A DNA stretch of 62,932 nt, filler included, from Actinomycetota bacterium (GTDB lineage: Bacteria > Actinomycetota > Actinomycetes > JAKEEW01): NCBI GenBank assembly GCA_046725875.1. It is 6 parts of 6 records of this genome, joined end to end, with 100 filler letters (N's around TTAATTAATTAA, not from the genome) between each part and the next. Parts side by side here need not be neighbours in the genome. Positions count along the whole stretch, not along the records: positions 33,819 to 46,359 come from JBKOZJ010000054.1; positions 46,460 to 58,438 come from JBKOZJ010000056.1; 4 more parts are not named here. One strand, given 5' to 3'. The position numbers and the translations under genes are program-made. Shown here piece after piece: positions 40,168 to 52,699 of this stretch. The notes beneath the pieces are model-generated. The model did no database searches, was not told the DNA's origin, and saw nothing but the letters and a program-made list of their open reading frames with translations. The first letter of the stretch is position 1. The number at the start of each line of letters is the position of its first letter.

Positions 40168-41931
40168 TTATAGGTACTGGCCGGTGTTGGCCACGGTGTC
40201 GATGGAACGGCCGGCCTCGATGCCCTGCTTGCCGCTGATCAGCGTACGGATGTAGACAATCCGCTCGCCCTTCTTACCCGAGATCCGCGCCCAGTCATCC
40301 GGGTTGGTCGTGTTGGGCAGATCCTCGTTTTCCTTGAACTCGTCCACGCATGCGGCGAGCAAGTGGGAGAACCGTAGTCCCTTCTGGCTGGTCTCCAGGA
40401 AGTCCTTGATCGCCATCTTCTTCGCGCGGTCCACAATGTTCTCGATCATCGCCCCGGAGTTGAAGTCCTTGAAGTAGAGAACTTCTTTGTCCCCGTTCGC
40501 GTACGTGACCTCGAGGAAGCGGTTCTCCTCGATCTCCGAGTACATGCGCTCAACCACATTCTGGATCATCGCGCTCACGGTCGCGTCGGGGTTGCGGCCG
40601 TGCTCGGCCATATCGTCTGGATGCAGCGGCAGGTCGATGGTGACGTACTTCGAGAAGATGTCACGCGCCGCCTCGGCATCCGGCCGCTCGATCTTGATCT
40701 TGACGTCCAGCCGCCCGGGCCGCAGAATTGCCGGATCGATCATGTCCTCGCGGTTGGATGCCCCGATGACGATGACGTTCTCCAGGCCCTCGACGCCGTC
40801 GATCTCGCTTAGCAGCTGCGGGACGATCGTGTTCTCAACGTCCGAGGACACCCCCGATCCGCGGGTGCGGAACAGCGAGTCCATCTCGTCGAAGAACACG
40901 ATGACCGGGGTTCCCTCGCCGGCCTTCTCGCGGGCCCGCTGGAAGACCAGCCGGATGTGCCGCTCGGTCTCACCCACGTACTTGTTCAGCAGCTCCGGGC
41001 CCTTGATGTTAAGGAAGTAGGACTTGCCCTCACCTTGCCCGGTATGCTCCGCCACCTGCTTGGCGAGCGAGTTTGCGACCGCCTTGGCGATGAGAGTCTT
41101 GCCGCAGCCCGGAGGCCCGTACAAAAGCACGCCCTTCGGCGCCCGCAGCTTGTGCTCGCGGAACAGGTCGGGGTGTAGGTAGGGCAGCTCGATTGCATCC
41201 CTGATCTGCTCGATCTGCTGGCCGAGGCCGCCGATCGACTGGTAGTCGATGTCGGGGACCTCCTCGAGGATCAGCTCCTCGACCTCAGATTTGGGGATCC
41301 GCTCGTAGACATAGCCCGACCGCGACTCGAAAAGCAGCGAGTCGCCGGCCCGTAGCGGTGTATCGCGCAGCGGCTCGGCGATCCGGGCGATCCGCTCGTC
41401 GTCGGTGTGGCCGATGACCAGTGCGCGGTCACCGTCGGCGAGCACCTCCTTGAGCATCACGACCTCGCCGACCCGCTCCCAGCCCATCGCCTCCACGACG
41501 TTCAGCGCCTCGTTGAGCATGACTTCTTGGCCGTGGCGAAGCTTGTCGACCTCGACGTTCGGGCTCACGGTGACCCGCAGCTTGCGGCCGCCCGTAAAGA
41601 CGTCGACCGTGCCGTCCTCGGTTGCTTGCAGAAAAATACCGAAGCCGGCCGGGGGCTGGGCCAGCCGGTCGATCTCCTCTTTGAGGGAGACGATCTGGTC
41701 ACGGGCCTCCTTGAGGGTGGCGACCAGCCGCTCGTTCTGCGCGGTCACCGCCGAGAGGTTGGCCTGAAGCTCAACCAGGCGATCCTCCATCGCACGCACC
41801 TGGCGCGGCGACTCCGCTAGCTTGCGCCGCAACACCGAAACCTCCTGCTCCAAGAAGGAAACCTGGTCGGCTAGATCGTCAGCATGACGCCCCTGCCAAC
41901 CACGGCGGCCGTCGTCGTCACGAGCGGGCAT
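40168..41931 (-). CDS. arc: proteasome ATPase ARC/Mpa
   Basis: Coiled coil, [31 protein letters not shown]-terminal GQYL. Confidence 0.96.
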   Translation of the reverse strand: MPARDDDGRRGWQGRHADDLADQVSFLEQEVSVLRRKLAESPRQVRAMEDRLVELQANLSAVTAQNERLVATLKEARDQIVSLKEEIDRLAQPPAGFGIFLQATEDGTVDVFTGGRKLRVTVSPNVEVDKLRHGQEVMLNEALNVVEAMGWERVGEVVMLKEVLADGDRALVIGHTDDERIARIAEPLRDTPLRAGDSLLFESRSGYVYERIPKSEVEELILEEVPDIDYQSIGGLGQQIEQIRDAIELPYLHPDLFREHKLRAPKGVLLYGPPGCGKTLIAKAVANSLAKQVAEHTGQGEGKSYFLNIKGPELLNKYVGETERHIRLVFQRAREKAGEGTPVIVFFDEMDSLFRTRGSGVSSDVENTIVPQLLSEIDGVEGLENVIVIGASNREDMIDPAILRPGRLDVKIKIERPDAEAARDIFSKYVTIDLPLHPDDMAEHGRNPDATVSAMIQNVVERMYSEIEENRFLEVTYANGDKEVLYFKDFNSGAMIENIVDRAKKMAIKDFLETSQKGLRFSHLLAACVDEFKENEDLPNTTNPDDWARISGKKGERIVYIRTLISGKQGIEAGRSIDTVANTGQYL

Positions 41932-42252
41932 GGTCCTCACCTCCTTCGGCCGTCGCCGGCGTCGGCACTCGGCACCCCCGTCGGAGGCTGGTGCTCGGTT
42001 GTGAGCCCCCGCGGCGACCGTTGTATTTCGACCCTACCTTCGGGTACCCGCCAACAAACATCACCGACGGGTGACGAACTGCCCTGTATTGAAGGCCCCC
42101 GCCACGATCGGGTACGTCCATAACGAACGCCGGTAATCCCGACGACGGTGTTGGCGACGGACGGCGGCGGCCCTCCTGCGGACCCTGACCACCGTCCGCC
42201 GGATCCCCGATCAACCCGTCTTTCGGTGAGGTTAATCCCGGCTCTCGTCCCT

Positions 42253-43284
<1,032 letters not shown>

Positions 43285-43380
43285 TCACGACTGGCCAATG
43301 GATCTGTGGTGGCGGAGGCCTGCCCTCCTGATCGATGGGTCAGCGAAGATAGTTGTCGATTCAGCCGTGTTGCTGGCAGT

Positions 43381-44553
43381 TCAGGTGGCTTGGGCGAAGG
43401 CTCGCTCGACGTCCTTCGTTGCGAGCACGCCGTAGATGTCGCCCCGCTGGTCCACTACGAGGTATTCGCTGGCGGGCGTCGCGTGCATCGCTCGTACAAG
43501 ATCTTCGCCGACGAGCTCGGCGGAGAGGACCAGCCCGGGCTCGAGGGACCGAGCCACCGACGCGACGGAGACCCAGGGTCGGCGGTGCTCCGGCGTCGCG
43601 CTCACCGAGGCCTCGTTGACCAGTCCCGAGGGCGCACCACCGCCGTCGACGACGACCAGGCCGCCGGCTTCGGCCTCCCGGGCGCGGCGCAGGGCCTCGG
43701 ACAGCGGGACGTCCGCAGTCACCGGTATTGCCCGCCGGGTCAGGGCACGAACCCGCAGCGAGGGCAGGCGCGCGCGCAGCCGCTGGTGGGTCAGCGAGGC
43801 AGTCGACGCGGTCCAAATGAACGACGCGATCAGCGCGGTCCAGAGGAGGTCGATTAGATCAACGCTGCGGTCTTCCAGGCGGGCAAGGATGAACGGCGAT
43901 GCGAGCACGAGGAGCGCGACGGCCCGCCCGCCCCACGCAGCAGCCACCGTCCCGGTGCCGGGCTGCCGGGTGATGGCCCAGACCGCCGCCCGCACGATCC
44001 GCCCGCCGTCGAGCGGGAGTCCCGGAAGCAGGTTGAAGACCCCGACGACGAGATTGGTCCAGGTCACTGCGAAGATCAGGACACCGGCGACGGAGTTCGG
44101 GTCGACGACCTGATAGAGGACCGCCCCAGCGATGCCGATCACTATCGAGGCCAGGGGTCCGACGACGGCAACCGCGAACTCGCGCAGCGGCGTCTGCGGC
44201 TCCCGCTCCAGTTCGGAGGCGCCACCGAGAAGCTGAAGGACGATTCGCCGCACGGGTAGGCCGAACCTAATCGCGACGACCGAGTGGGCAAGCTCGTGGA
44301 TCAGCACGGAGCCGATTAGGAGTATGGCGAAGCCCGCCGTCACCGCGTAGCTCCAGTCACCCACGTTCGGCAGCCGCGATTCGACGAAGTCGGTGGCACC
44401 AATCATGATCAGCAACGCCAGCCCGATCGTGCTCGGGGTGATGAAGACCGGTACACCGAACGGCCGGCCAAGGGACAACCCGGGCCGCGACGGCGCCGAT
44501 GGCTCGCCGCTCGCCTGCCCGCCGTCCACAGGCCCGGCGCGATCATCGCTCAC
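43381..44553 (-). CDS. site-2 protease (M50) with CBS domains
   Basis: HELAH, VGP, FNLLPGLPLDGG, C-terminal CBS-like pair. Confidence 0.9.
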   Translation of the reverse strand: MSDDRAGPVDGGQASGEPSAPSRPGLSLGRPFGVPVFITPSTIGLALLIMIGATDFVESRLPNVGDWSYAVTAGFAILLIGSVLIHELAHSVVAIRFGLPVRRIVLQLLGGASELEREPQTPLREFAVAVVGPLASIVIGIAGAVLYQVVDPNSVAGVLIFAVTWTNLVVGVFNLLPGLPLDGGRIVRAAVWAITRQPGTGTVAAAWGGRAVALLVLASPFILARLEDRSVDLIDLLWTALIASFIWTASTASLTHQRLRARLPSLRVRALTRRAIPVTADVPLSEALRRAREAEAGGLVVVDGGGAPSGLVNEASVSATPEHRRPWVSVASVARSLEPGLVLSAELVGEDLVRAMHATPASEYLVVDQRGDIYGVLATKDVERAFAQAT

Positions 44554-44722
44554 ACCTCGATGCTATGTGGGAGTTCGCCCGCTCGTCGCGCCGCAATAGG
44601 GCGATGCTGACATTGCGAATCGACAACCGGCACGGGCCGAAGGAGCGGGTGCGACCGCAGCCCGCCACGAATCACCAGTGACGGATGCCGGACGGCTCTG
44701 GCTGGGCGTGCCTAAACCAACC

Positions 44723-44744
44723 TGTCGGCCCGCTCACGTATGGT
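44723..44744 (+). promoter_or_regulatory. PafBC-dependent (RecA-NDp) promoter
   Basis: Exact TGTCGG-N10-TA-N3-T (TGTCGG cccgctcacg TATGGT) 36 nt before the nuclease ATG. Confidence 0.8.
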
Positions 44745-44780
44745 CGGCACAACTGAGCCGGTTCAGACTTTGGGGGCCCC

Positions 44781-46037
44781 ATGGGTGACCAGGCAGGGGC
44801 GGGCGTGAGAGGTGCGCCGCCGCGGCCGCCGGCGCCCGAAACCACCACCGGGGCCGCTCGCCGCGAGGCCGACGCCGAGGGCGTCGCGGTGGCCCGCCCA
44901 ACGGCAGCCACGGCCGACGTCGCTCCGATCTATGCGGCAGTCGCCGATGTCGGAAGCCCGCGTGTCGCCCTCCATCCGGCTAACGCGTCGTCCGGTTCCA
45001 CGGCAGCTCCCATCCCGGACGACCCGGAGCGGTACGAGTTTGCACAGAGCCTTCCTGTGCCAGGCCCCGTCGCGGATCCGCGGCCAGGGGACGTAGCAGC
45101 AGATTCGGCCGTCGCAAATTCAGCGGACGAGCCCTGGGAGGAGACGACCGAACGGGCGATCGGAGCGCTCTCCCCGTCTCGGGCAAGCGACTTCATGACC
45201 TGCCCACTGCTTTACCGGTTCCGGGTCGTCGATCGGCTGCCCGAGCGGCCGGGTCTAGCCGCGACCAGGGGCACGATCGTGCATGCGGTTCTCGAGGAGC
45301 TGTTCGACCTGCCACCGATCGCGCGGACCCCCGAGCGGGCCGGGGTGCTCGTCCGGCCGGCGTGGCAGCGCCTGCTCGCGGCGGAGCCCGATCTCGCCGC
45401 ACTGTTCGCCGACGACGCGGACGGCTCCGCCCTTGCCAGCTGGCTCGCTAGTGCCGCCGAGCTCGTCGGGCGGTATTTCACATTGGAGGATCCCAGCCGC
45501 CTCGAGCCGCGGGAGCGGGAGTTGTACGTCGAGACAATGCTCGACTCCGGCCTGCTGCTGCGCGGCTATGTCGATCGCCTCGACGTCGCGCCGAGCGGGG
45601 CAATGAGGGTGGTCGACTATAAGACCGGCCGGGCACCGGGCCCCGGCTTCGAGGCCAAGGCCCTCTTCCAAATGCGCTTCTACGCGCTCGTGCTGTGGCG
45701 ACTCCATGGCGCCGTCCCGCGCTTGCTCCAGCTCGTCTACCTCGGGTCCGGTGAGGTCCTCCGGTACGAGCCGGACGAAGCCGACCTCAGGGCGACCGAG
45801 CGGAAGGTTCGGGCGCTATGGGATGCGATTACCCACGCGGCCGAGACCGGCGACTGGCGAGCCAGCCCAAGCAAGCTGTGCGAGTGGTGTGAGCACAGGG
45901 AGCGCTGCCCTGCCTTCGGCGGCACGCCGCCGCCCTTGCCCGCGCTCCCGGCGCAGCGAAGCCTGCTCGACGTACCCGATGATTTGTCAGTCGAGGATGC
46001 ACCAACCCCCCGCCAGACCCACTTCGACGACGTATAG
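44781..46037 (+). CDS. RecB-family PD-(D/E)xK exonuclease (Rv2119-like)
   Basis: LSPS...F.TCP, G..VH..LE, GYVDRLD, VDYKTG, Q...YA, CEWC...ERCP; ~120-aa disordered N-terminus. Confidence 0.9.
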   Translation: MGDQAGAGVRGAPPRPPAPETTTGAARREADAEGVAVARPTAATADVAPIYAAVADVGSPRVALHPANASSGSTAAPIPDDPERYEFAQSLPVPGPVADPRPGDVAADSAVANSADEPWEETTERAIGALSPSRASDFMTCPLLYRFRVVDRLPERPGLAATRGTIVHAVLEELFDLPPIARTPERAGVLVRPAWQRLLAAEPDLAALFADDADGSALASWLASAAELVGRYFTLEDPSRLEPRERELYVETMLDSGLLLRGYVDRLDVAPSGAMRVVDYKTGRAPGPGFEAKALFQMRFYALVLWRLHGAVPRLLQLVYLGSGEVLRYEPDEADLRATERKVRALWDAITHAAETGDWRASPSKLCEWCEHRERCPAFGGTPPPLPALPAQRSLLDVPDDLSVEDAPTPRQTHFDDV

Positions 46038-46129
46038 CTGTCCGGCCACGGCGCAGTGCCGGAGGATTGCCCGGAATGGGCGACGAGGCTGGCGCCCGAC
46101 GGGCCGGCGTCTCGTCCTCAAGCAGGAGC

Positions 46130-46350
46130 TGTGGGGTCGACGTCAAGAAGGAGGGCGCAATCCTCGGCGTCGTCCTCGGGCTCGCTGTGCTCGCCGGGCT
46201 TGCTGACGAGGGCCTGGAAAGGTGGCGGTTCCCTGGGCGCAGCTCGTCCTCTTCGTGGCGGTCGCCGCGTTGATCGGCATGCTCGCCGCTATGGGGCCGG
46301 CCCGGCGGGCCGCCCGGCTCGATGTCGTCCAGGCGATCGCCACCGAGTAG
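46130..46350 (+). pseudogene. C-terminal remnant of FtsX-like ABC permease
   Basis: GAILGVVLG / VPWAQL...LAAMGPARRAARLDVVQAIATE* with a frameshift and no upstream gene body. Confidence 0.7.
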
Positions 46351-46459
46351 CACGAGTCCNNNNNNNNNNNNNNNNNNNNNNNNNNNNNNNNNNNNNNNNN
46401 NNNTTAATTAATTAANNNNNNNNNNNNNNNNNNNNNNNNNNNNNNNNNNNNNNNNNNNN

Positions 46460-48745
46460 ACCATAGAGGGTGACCCGCTCGGATGCGATAACCGCTCCTT
46501 GGTTGCGTTCCCAATGCGGCTCGCTATAGGTCCGCTTGACGAGGTGGGCGGCCAGCGGCTCCGCCCATTCCGGCTCGATGCTCGCCACGACGCGTGCCCA
46601 CAATCTCGTCGTCTCGACTAGTTCGGCTGCCATCACTGCCTTCGGGTGCTTACGGAATAGGACCGAGCCCGGGTTGATGGCGAACCGCGCGTTGCGCGCG
46701 CCGACGTAGTCGCGTTTCTCCTCGTCGTACAAGCCGATGTGCGACAGCAGCCCGGCCAACAGGGCCTGATGAATCCGTACACCGTCCGGCTCGGCCGCGA
46801 ACGCCCCGGCAGTTACGCCGATCGCCCGCGCGGCCTGGCGAAGCTGAGCCTCGAGATCTTGCCATTCCCGCACACGCAGGTAATTCAGGTGCTCGGTGCG
46901 GCACAGCTTTCGGAATTGACTCGACGACAGCGCGTGCTGGCGCTCGCGGATGTAGTGCCAGAGACTGAGGTAGGCAAGGAAGTCTGACGATGGGTCGGCG
47001 AACCGGCGGTGCATCTGGTCAGCGGCCTCGCGTCCTGGTTGGTCTGCGGGAGGGCGATCCCCGGTGGCCCCGGCGGCCGGACGCTCCCGCGGATCCTGGA
47101 TGGCCAGTGCAGCCGCGATGACGAGCACTTCTCGCACGGAACCCTGGTCCGCGGCGGCGAGCACCATTCGGGCCAGCCGCGGGTCGACTGGCAACTCGGC
47201 CAGCCTCCGGCCGAGGGGCGTAAGCCGCGCTTCGGTGCCTCGGCCCTCCGCTGCATGCAGCGCGCCGAGTTCGCGCAACAGCTCGAGACCGTCGCGAACC
47301 TGGTGGCGATCCGGCGAGTCGACAAACGGGAAGTCCTCGACCGTGCCGAGCCGCAACGCCGCCATCTGCAGGATGACCGAGGCGAGGTTGGTACGTAGGA
47401 TCTCCGGCTCGGTGAACTCGGGCCGAAGTGCGTAGTCCTCCTCGCCGTACAGCCTGACGCAGATGCCGTCCGCAACCCGGCCGCATCGGCCCGCGCGTTG
47501 CTTCGCGGATGCTTGCGAGATTGGCTCGATCGGCAGCCGTTGGACCTTAAGTCGATTGCTGTACCGGGAGATGCGCGCCGTGCCCGGGTCAATGACGTAC
47601 TTTATGCCCGGAACCGTGAGCGACGTCTCTGCGACGTTGGTTGCGAGTACGATCCGGCGCCCGACATGCGATGCAAAGACACGGTGCTGCTCGCCGGTGG
47701 ACAGGCGCGCGTAGAGGGGGAGGATCTCTGTGTTGTGCAAGCTCTGACCGCGCAGCGCGTCGGCAGTGTCGCGAATCTCCCGCTCGCCGCTAAGAAAGAC
47801 CAGAATGTCCCCGGGGCCCTCGGCGGACAGCTCATCCACCGCATCGAGGATGGCTTGGACCTGATCCCGCAGCTCGGCGGTTCCCGTACTCCCTGCCGGC
47901 GTCGACCCATCGGAACGAACTTCCTCCATCGGCCGATAGCGGATCTCGACGGGATAAGTACGGCCGGATACCTCGATGACCGGCACGCGGGGTGCGCCCG
48001 GCTCGACCTGGCCCTGCGGCACGGGCGTTCTGCGACGCCGGGCGGGAATGGTCGCGACATCCTCGAAGTGGGCCGCGAACCTGTGCGGGTCGATCGTCGC
48101 CGAAGTAATGATGACCTTGAGATCCGTTCGCCGCGGCAGCAGGCGCTTGAGGTAGCCGAGGATGAAGTCAATGTTGAGGCTGCGCTCGTGCGCCTCGTCA
48201 ATGATGAGGGTGTCGTATCGCTGGAGGCGACGGTCCTGGCCCAGCTCGGTGAGCAAGATGCCGTCGGTCATCAGCTTGACCAGCGTGTGGTCACTCGTTT
48301 GTGCACTGAACCGGACCTGGTAGCCGACGACATCGCCGAGCTCGGTGCCGAGCTCCTCCGCGATGCGGTCAGCCACGGCCCGGGCAGCAAGTCGGCGCGG
48401 CTGGGTGTGACCGATCATCGCCGTGATGCCACGGCCGAGCTCCAGGCAGATCTTGGGGAGTTGGGTGGTCTTGCCCGAACCGGTCTCCCCGGCCACGACC
48501 ACCACCTGGTGATCGCGGATCGCTTCTAGTAGCTCGTCCTTGCGCTGACTGACCGGCAGCTGCGGCGGATAGGCGATCGGTCCCAGCCGGTCGCGGCGCT
48601 GCCGGCGTTGGCTCACATAGTGCTCGCGGTGCTGACCACCGCGGGGTTCCGCGCTGCCGCGTCCCGCACCGCCACGCTCCCGAGTGGGGCCGCGACGCCG
48701 GGCACTCTGTTGTTGCCGGGTGTCTGGCCCGAGAGGATCGGTCAT
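46460..48745 (-). CDS. hrpA: ATP-dependent RNA helicase HrpA (3' partial)
   Basis: GETGSGKTTQLP, TQPRR, DEAH, SAT, TNVAETSLT, QRAGRCGR. Confidence 0.95.
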
Positions 48746-48769
48746 CGCCTGAAGGCAGGTCAGTTTGCG

Positions 48770-48891
48770 CTACGAATGGAGTGCCAGACCCTTGAAGACC
48801 CGGTCGACGTCATTGCGCGGGCCGTACACGGCGAGACCGAGCTGGCTAGATCATCGCGGACCGCAATTCCGATCTTCGTGTCGAAGCGCAT
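48770..48891 (-). pseudogene. internally deleted DUF2000-family gene
   Basis: MRFDTKIGIAVRDDLA joined out of frame to GLAVYGPRNDVDRVFKG, the two ends of this family. Confidence 0.65.
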
Positions 48892-48956
48892 ACCGGCATC
48901 ATCCTGGGCCGTTGAGACGATAGCCAAACGCGTTGGCGTCGGCGCATGATCGACGC

Positions 48957-49331
48957 GTGGCGCAGGAACCGGCAAGCACACCGCCGGGAGCCCCGGACCC
49001 GGGCCCGCGGGCGAGCGACCAGCCTGAGGCGGCCCGGCGATCCTGCGCGATCTGCGGTCGAGTTCTCGACGGTGAGGCACCGGCGATTGGGGAGACCTGG
49101 ACCGGCAGCGAGTTCACGTGGACCTACCACCCGTTTCTGGCCGATCTGACCAAGCAAGTCGATCGGCTCTATCACCCTGTGTGTCTCGCGCATACCTACG
49201 GCGTCGACCAGCTTGTCGACGTCATCCATGCCCGCGATATCGCTGAGCGGCACGAGCTCGCCGAGATGGCCGCGCGCCTCGAGTTCCTCAAGCAACAGCT
49301 GCTCGACGCCGACCACCCGGCCGAGAGCTAG
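48957..49331 (+). CDS. small hypothetical protein with CxxC...HPxC motif
   Basis: CAIC...YHPVC, C-terminal helical segment, GC3-rich codons; start uncertain. Confidence 0.5.
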   Translation: MAQEPASTPPGAPDPGPRASDQPEAARRSCAICGRVLDGEAPAIGETWTGSEFTWTYHPFLADLTKQVDRLYHPVCLAHTYGVDQLVDVIHARDIAERHELAEMAARLEFLKQQLLDADHPAES

Positions 49332-49425
49332 TGACGCTAGGACTGCGCCTCTGCTGCCGCCATGGTTTCCGTGGGCCCCGGAGACGGCACTCGACGCATG
49401 CCGGATTCGGGCGAAGGATGGCCGC

Positions 49426-50211
49426 ATGACGAGCCCGGTCCTGGTCCACTACGTCGACGAAGGCGAAGCGGACGCGCCGGTCCTCGTGCTGTCGAGCTCG
49501 CTCGGCACCACCCATCGGGTGTGGGACGGGCAGGTGCCAGGGCTCACCGCGAGGTTGCGGGTCGTCAGGTACGACCATCGTGGGCACGGCGGTTCACCGG
49601 TGCCACGCGGGCCGTACACCATTGAGGACCTCGGTACGGACCTAATCGCGCTGCTTGACCGATTGGACATCGCCCGAGCTCACATCTGTGGCCTATCCCT
49701 TGGCGGCATGACCGCAATGTGGGCGGCCGCGAATGCATCCGCACGCGTCGACCGGCTCGCTCTGCTCTCGACGTCCGCCCACCTCGGGCCGCCCGAAGTG
49801 TGGGCCGAGCGAGCCGCCGCGGTCCGGGCGGGCGGCATGGCCGCAGTGACCGAGAGTGTCCTCGCGCGGTGGTTCACGCCCGAGTTCGCGGCGCAGTCTC
49901 CGGAAGTCGTCCAACGGATCCGGGACATGCTTTTGTCGACGCCGGTGGACGGCTACGCCGCCTGCTGCGCGGCAGTTGAGCTCATGGACCTGCGGCAACA
50001 ACTGCGCGATATCCAGGCGCCAACGCTCGTGGTCGCGGGTACCCACGATCCGACGCCGCTAGAGCATGCTGAACAGATCGCCGCCGCCATCCCCGATGCA
50101 AAGCTCGTCATCCTGGACGATGTCGCGCACATGGTAGCCGTCCAGCGCCCGGACGACGTTACCGCCATCCTCGCCGACTTCTTCGCCCAGCAGGATGGAA
50201 CGGCCTCGTGA
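49426..50211 (+). CDS. pcaD: 3-oxoadipate enol-lactonase
   Basis: LSSSLGT, RYDHRGHG, GLSLGG nucleophile elbow, RWFT, GYAACC. Confidence 0.85.
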   Translation: MTSPVLVHYVDEGEADAPVLVLSSSLGTTHRVWDGQVPGLTARLRVVRYDHRGHGGSPVPRGPYTIEDLGTDLIALLDRLDIARAHICGLSLGGMTAMWAAANASARVDRLALLSTSAHLGPPEVWAERAAAVRAGGMAAVTESVLARWFTPEFAAQSPEVVQRIRDMLLSTPVDGYAACCAAVELMDLRQQLRDIQAPTLVVAGTHDPTPLEHAEQIAAAIPDAKLVILDDVAHMVAVQRPDDVTAILADFFAQQDGTAS

Positions 50212-50246
50212 AGTCCATCGTCCCGCTTGAATAGGATCAGTCAGTG

Positions 50247-51032
50247 ATGGCCAACATGCGCATAGGCGTCCAGCTCCAGCCACAACATGCCGACTACGCC
50301 GAGATCAGGCGCGCGGTAGGCGAGGCGGAAGGGGCGGGCGTGGACGTCGTCTTCAACTGGGACCACTTCTTCCCGCTCTCCAGTCCGCCTGCCGGCAAAC
50401 ACTTCGAGTGCTGGACGATGCTCGGTGCTTGGGCAGAAGCGACGTCTCGGGTCGAGATCGGTGCCCTCGTGACGTGCAACAGCTACCGCAATGTCGATCT
50501 GCTTGCCGACATGGCCCGTACGGTCGACAACATCAGCAGCGGACGACTGATCCTCGGGATCGGCGCGGGCTGGTTCGAGAAGGACTACCGCGAGTACGGC
50601 TACGAGTACGGCACCCCCGGCAGTCGGCTCGCCGCGCTCGCCGGAGCCCTGCCGCGTATCAAGAACCGGTGGAGCAAGCTGAACCCGCCGCCTACCCGGC
50701 AGATTCCGATCCTCGTCGGCGGTGGCGGCGAGCGCAAGACGCTCCGGATTGCGGCGGAACATGCCGACATCTGGCACGGCTTCGGTGGAGCCGACACCAT
50801 CGCCCACAAGCGCGAGGTTCTCGACCGTTGGTGCGCCGAGGTTGGCCGCAACCCTGCCGAGATCACCAGATCGGTCAACGTCGGCCGGTCGCCCGACGAG
50901 GTAGCCGACGGCCTTGTCAAGGCCGGCATCGGACTCTTCATCATCAGCACCACCGGTCCGCGCTACGACCTCGGCCTGCTGCGCGACTGGATCGCCTGGC
51001 GCGACGACTACAACGGGGCCCGAACCGGCTGA
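50247..51032 (+). CDS. LLM class F420-dependent oxidoreductase
   Basis: NWDHFFPL, HFECWT, LGIGAGW, GGGGERKTL. Confidence 0.88.
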   Translation: MANMRIGVQLQPQHADYAEIRRAVGEAEGAGVDVVFNWDHFFPLSSPPAGKHFECWTMLGAWAEATSRVEIGALVTCNSYRNVDLLADMARTVDNISSGRLILGIGAGWFEKDYREYGYEYGTPGSRLAALAGALPRIKNRWSKLNPPPTRQIPILVGGGGERKTLRIAAEHADIWHGFGGADTIAHKREVLDRWCAEVGRNPAEITRSVNVGRSPDEVADGLVKAGIGLFIISTTGPRYDLGLLRDWIAWRDDYNGARTG

Positions 51033-51079
51033 GGCACGCGGTCAGCTTCCAGGCCCGATCCGTACTGGAGGGATGTCGG

Positions 51080-51949
51080 ATGGAGTATCGCCGGCTCGGG
51101 CGTCTCGAGCACCGGAGCTCCGTTCTCTTGTACGGCGCCGCCGCACTCGCCGCAGTGGACCAGGACACGGCCGACCAGTCAATCCAGGAGGCGCTCGACG
51201 CCGGCATCAACCACTTCGACGCGGCGGCGAGCTACGGAGACGCAGAGCTGAAACTCGCGCCGTGGATGCCGCGCATCCGCGACCGCATCTTCCTGGCAAC
51301 AAAGACCGGCGAGCGAGAGGGGCCCACCGCCTGGAGCCAGATCAATCGATCACTCGAACGCCTCCAGACAGGTCGGGTCGATCTCGTCCAGTTGCATAGC
51401 GTGGGCGATCTCGATGACCTCGACCGAGTCATGGCGCCCTCCGGCGCGCTGAGCGCGGCACTACGAGCTGTCGACGAGGGCTTCGCCGGCGCCGTCGGCA
51501 TCACGGGCCACGGCCGCGATGCGCCGGCGGTTCACCTCGACGCCCTTCGCCGATACCCGTTCGCCACGGTGCTCACTCCGCTGAATCCGGTCCTGTGGCG
51601 CGATCCGGCCTATCGCGGAGCGTTCGAGCGGCTCGCCGACGTGGTTCGGGAGCAGGACGCCGCGCTCATGATTATCAAGGCGATCTCGCGGCGAAACTGG
51701 CCGCACGGCCCGGACGGGGCCCCGTACACGACTTGGTATGAGCCTCTGGCGGATCCGCAACGGATCAGGGGGGCGGTGTCCTGGGTTCTTGCGCACGAGG
51801 AGATCACGGGCCTAGCAACCGCCAGTGATGTGCGCTTGCTCAGTCCGATCATCGCGGCGGAGCGAGACCGCATGCCGGTCAACGACGCCGAGTCCATGCT
51901 CGCGACGGACCCCGACTACTCATCCCCGTTCGTGTCGATGCCGTTCTAG
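51080..51949 (+). CDS. aldo/keto reductase
   Basis: MEYRRLG, GINHFD.A.SYG, FLATK, SLERL...VDL.QLH. Confidence 0.88.
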   Translation: MEYRRLGRLEHRSSVLLYGAAALAAVDQDTADQSIQEALDAGINHFDAAASYGDAELKLAPWMPRIRDRIFLATKTGEREGPTAWSQINRSLERLQTGRVDLVQLHSVGDLDDLDRVMAPSGALSAALRAVDEGFAGAVGITGHGRDAPAVHLDALRRYPFATVLTPLNPVLWRDPAYRGAFERLADVVREQDAALMIIKAISRRNWPHGPDGAPYTTWYEPLADPQRIRGAVSWVLAHEEITGLATASDVRLLSPIIAAERDRMPVNDAESMLATDPDYSSPFVSMPF

Positions 51950-52066
51950 CGCTCCGCTGAACCGATCCGTGGCGACGTCCGTACGCCTTTCTGAAGAGGC
52001 GTACGTCTCAAGCGAGGCATTTGTCGCGGCGCGCCGAGAGACGGCGTGATCGGAAAGGAGCCAGCT

Positions 52067-52570
52067 GTGAAACGGTCGCTCGTCCTGCTCGTGGGCTTGA
52101 TCGCCGCCCTTGGGCTGGCCATGTCACCAGCCCAGAGCTCAAACGGCCAGAAGATCCTCAAGTTTCAGACGATGGCAGCGGTAGATGGTCCGTTCGTGGG
52201 AGCGGCCAATCCGATCCGTGGAATCAATGGGGGAGGGTTGCCCTGGCAGATCGATGAGGGCAACGGCCAATTGTCCACGAGCGGCAAGCTCGAGGTGAAG
52301 GTAAGTGGGCTCGTCCTCCTCGACGCGGCGCCGGTACCGGAGGCGCTGCGAGGAACCAACCCGATCGCGAACTTCCAGGCCATCGTGAGCTGCCTAACCA
52401 GCACTGACGGCAGCCCGGCGACGGTGAACGTCGCGACCGACCCGTTCCCGGCAAGCACCGGCGGCGACTCCAAGATCAAGGCGCACGTGGACCTACCGAG
52501 CCCATGCTTCGCTCCGATCATCTTTGTCGGTCCCTCCGCTACCACCTGGTTCGCGACCACCGGAGCGTAG
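52067..52570 (+). CDS. secreted hypothetical protein
   Basis: AAGGAG RBS, signal peptide, IRGINGGGLPW, two Cys. Confidence 0.7.
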   Translation: MKRSLVLLVGLIAALGLAMSPAQSSNGQKILKFQTMAAVDGPFVGAANPIRGINGGGLPWQIDEGNGQLSTSGKLEVKVSGLVLLDAAPVPEALRGTNPIANFQAIVSCLTSTDGSPATVNVATDPFPASTGGDSKIKAHVDLPSPCFAPIIFVGPSATTWFATTGA

Positions 52571-52699
52571 CCAGGCCTGCGCAGAAGCCACGGCACCCCT
52601 GAAACATCGGTCGCGGCCGGTCCGCATCGCGTCCCAACCCCGTACTCTGGCCCAGCAACCAGGACACTAGGACGGGGAGGCGCGGTGCGCGGCCGTAGG

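Noticed and set aside
42031..42058. PafBC motif upstream of arc
   Set aside because: TGTTGG/TGGCGG spacing to TAGGGT does not fit the N10 consensus
44781..46037. Cas4-like nuclease suggesting CRISPR adaptation
   Set aside because: Conserved RecB-family gene of the trmI/proteasome locus; no cas1 or array
50408..51079. Apparent 513-aa fusion ORF
   Set aside because: Upstream part overlaps the LLM oxidoreductase in another frame; the aldo/keto reductase starts at 51080
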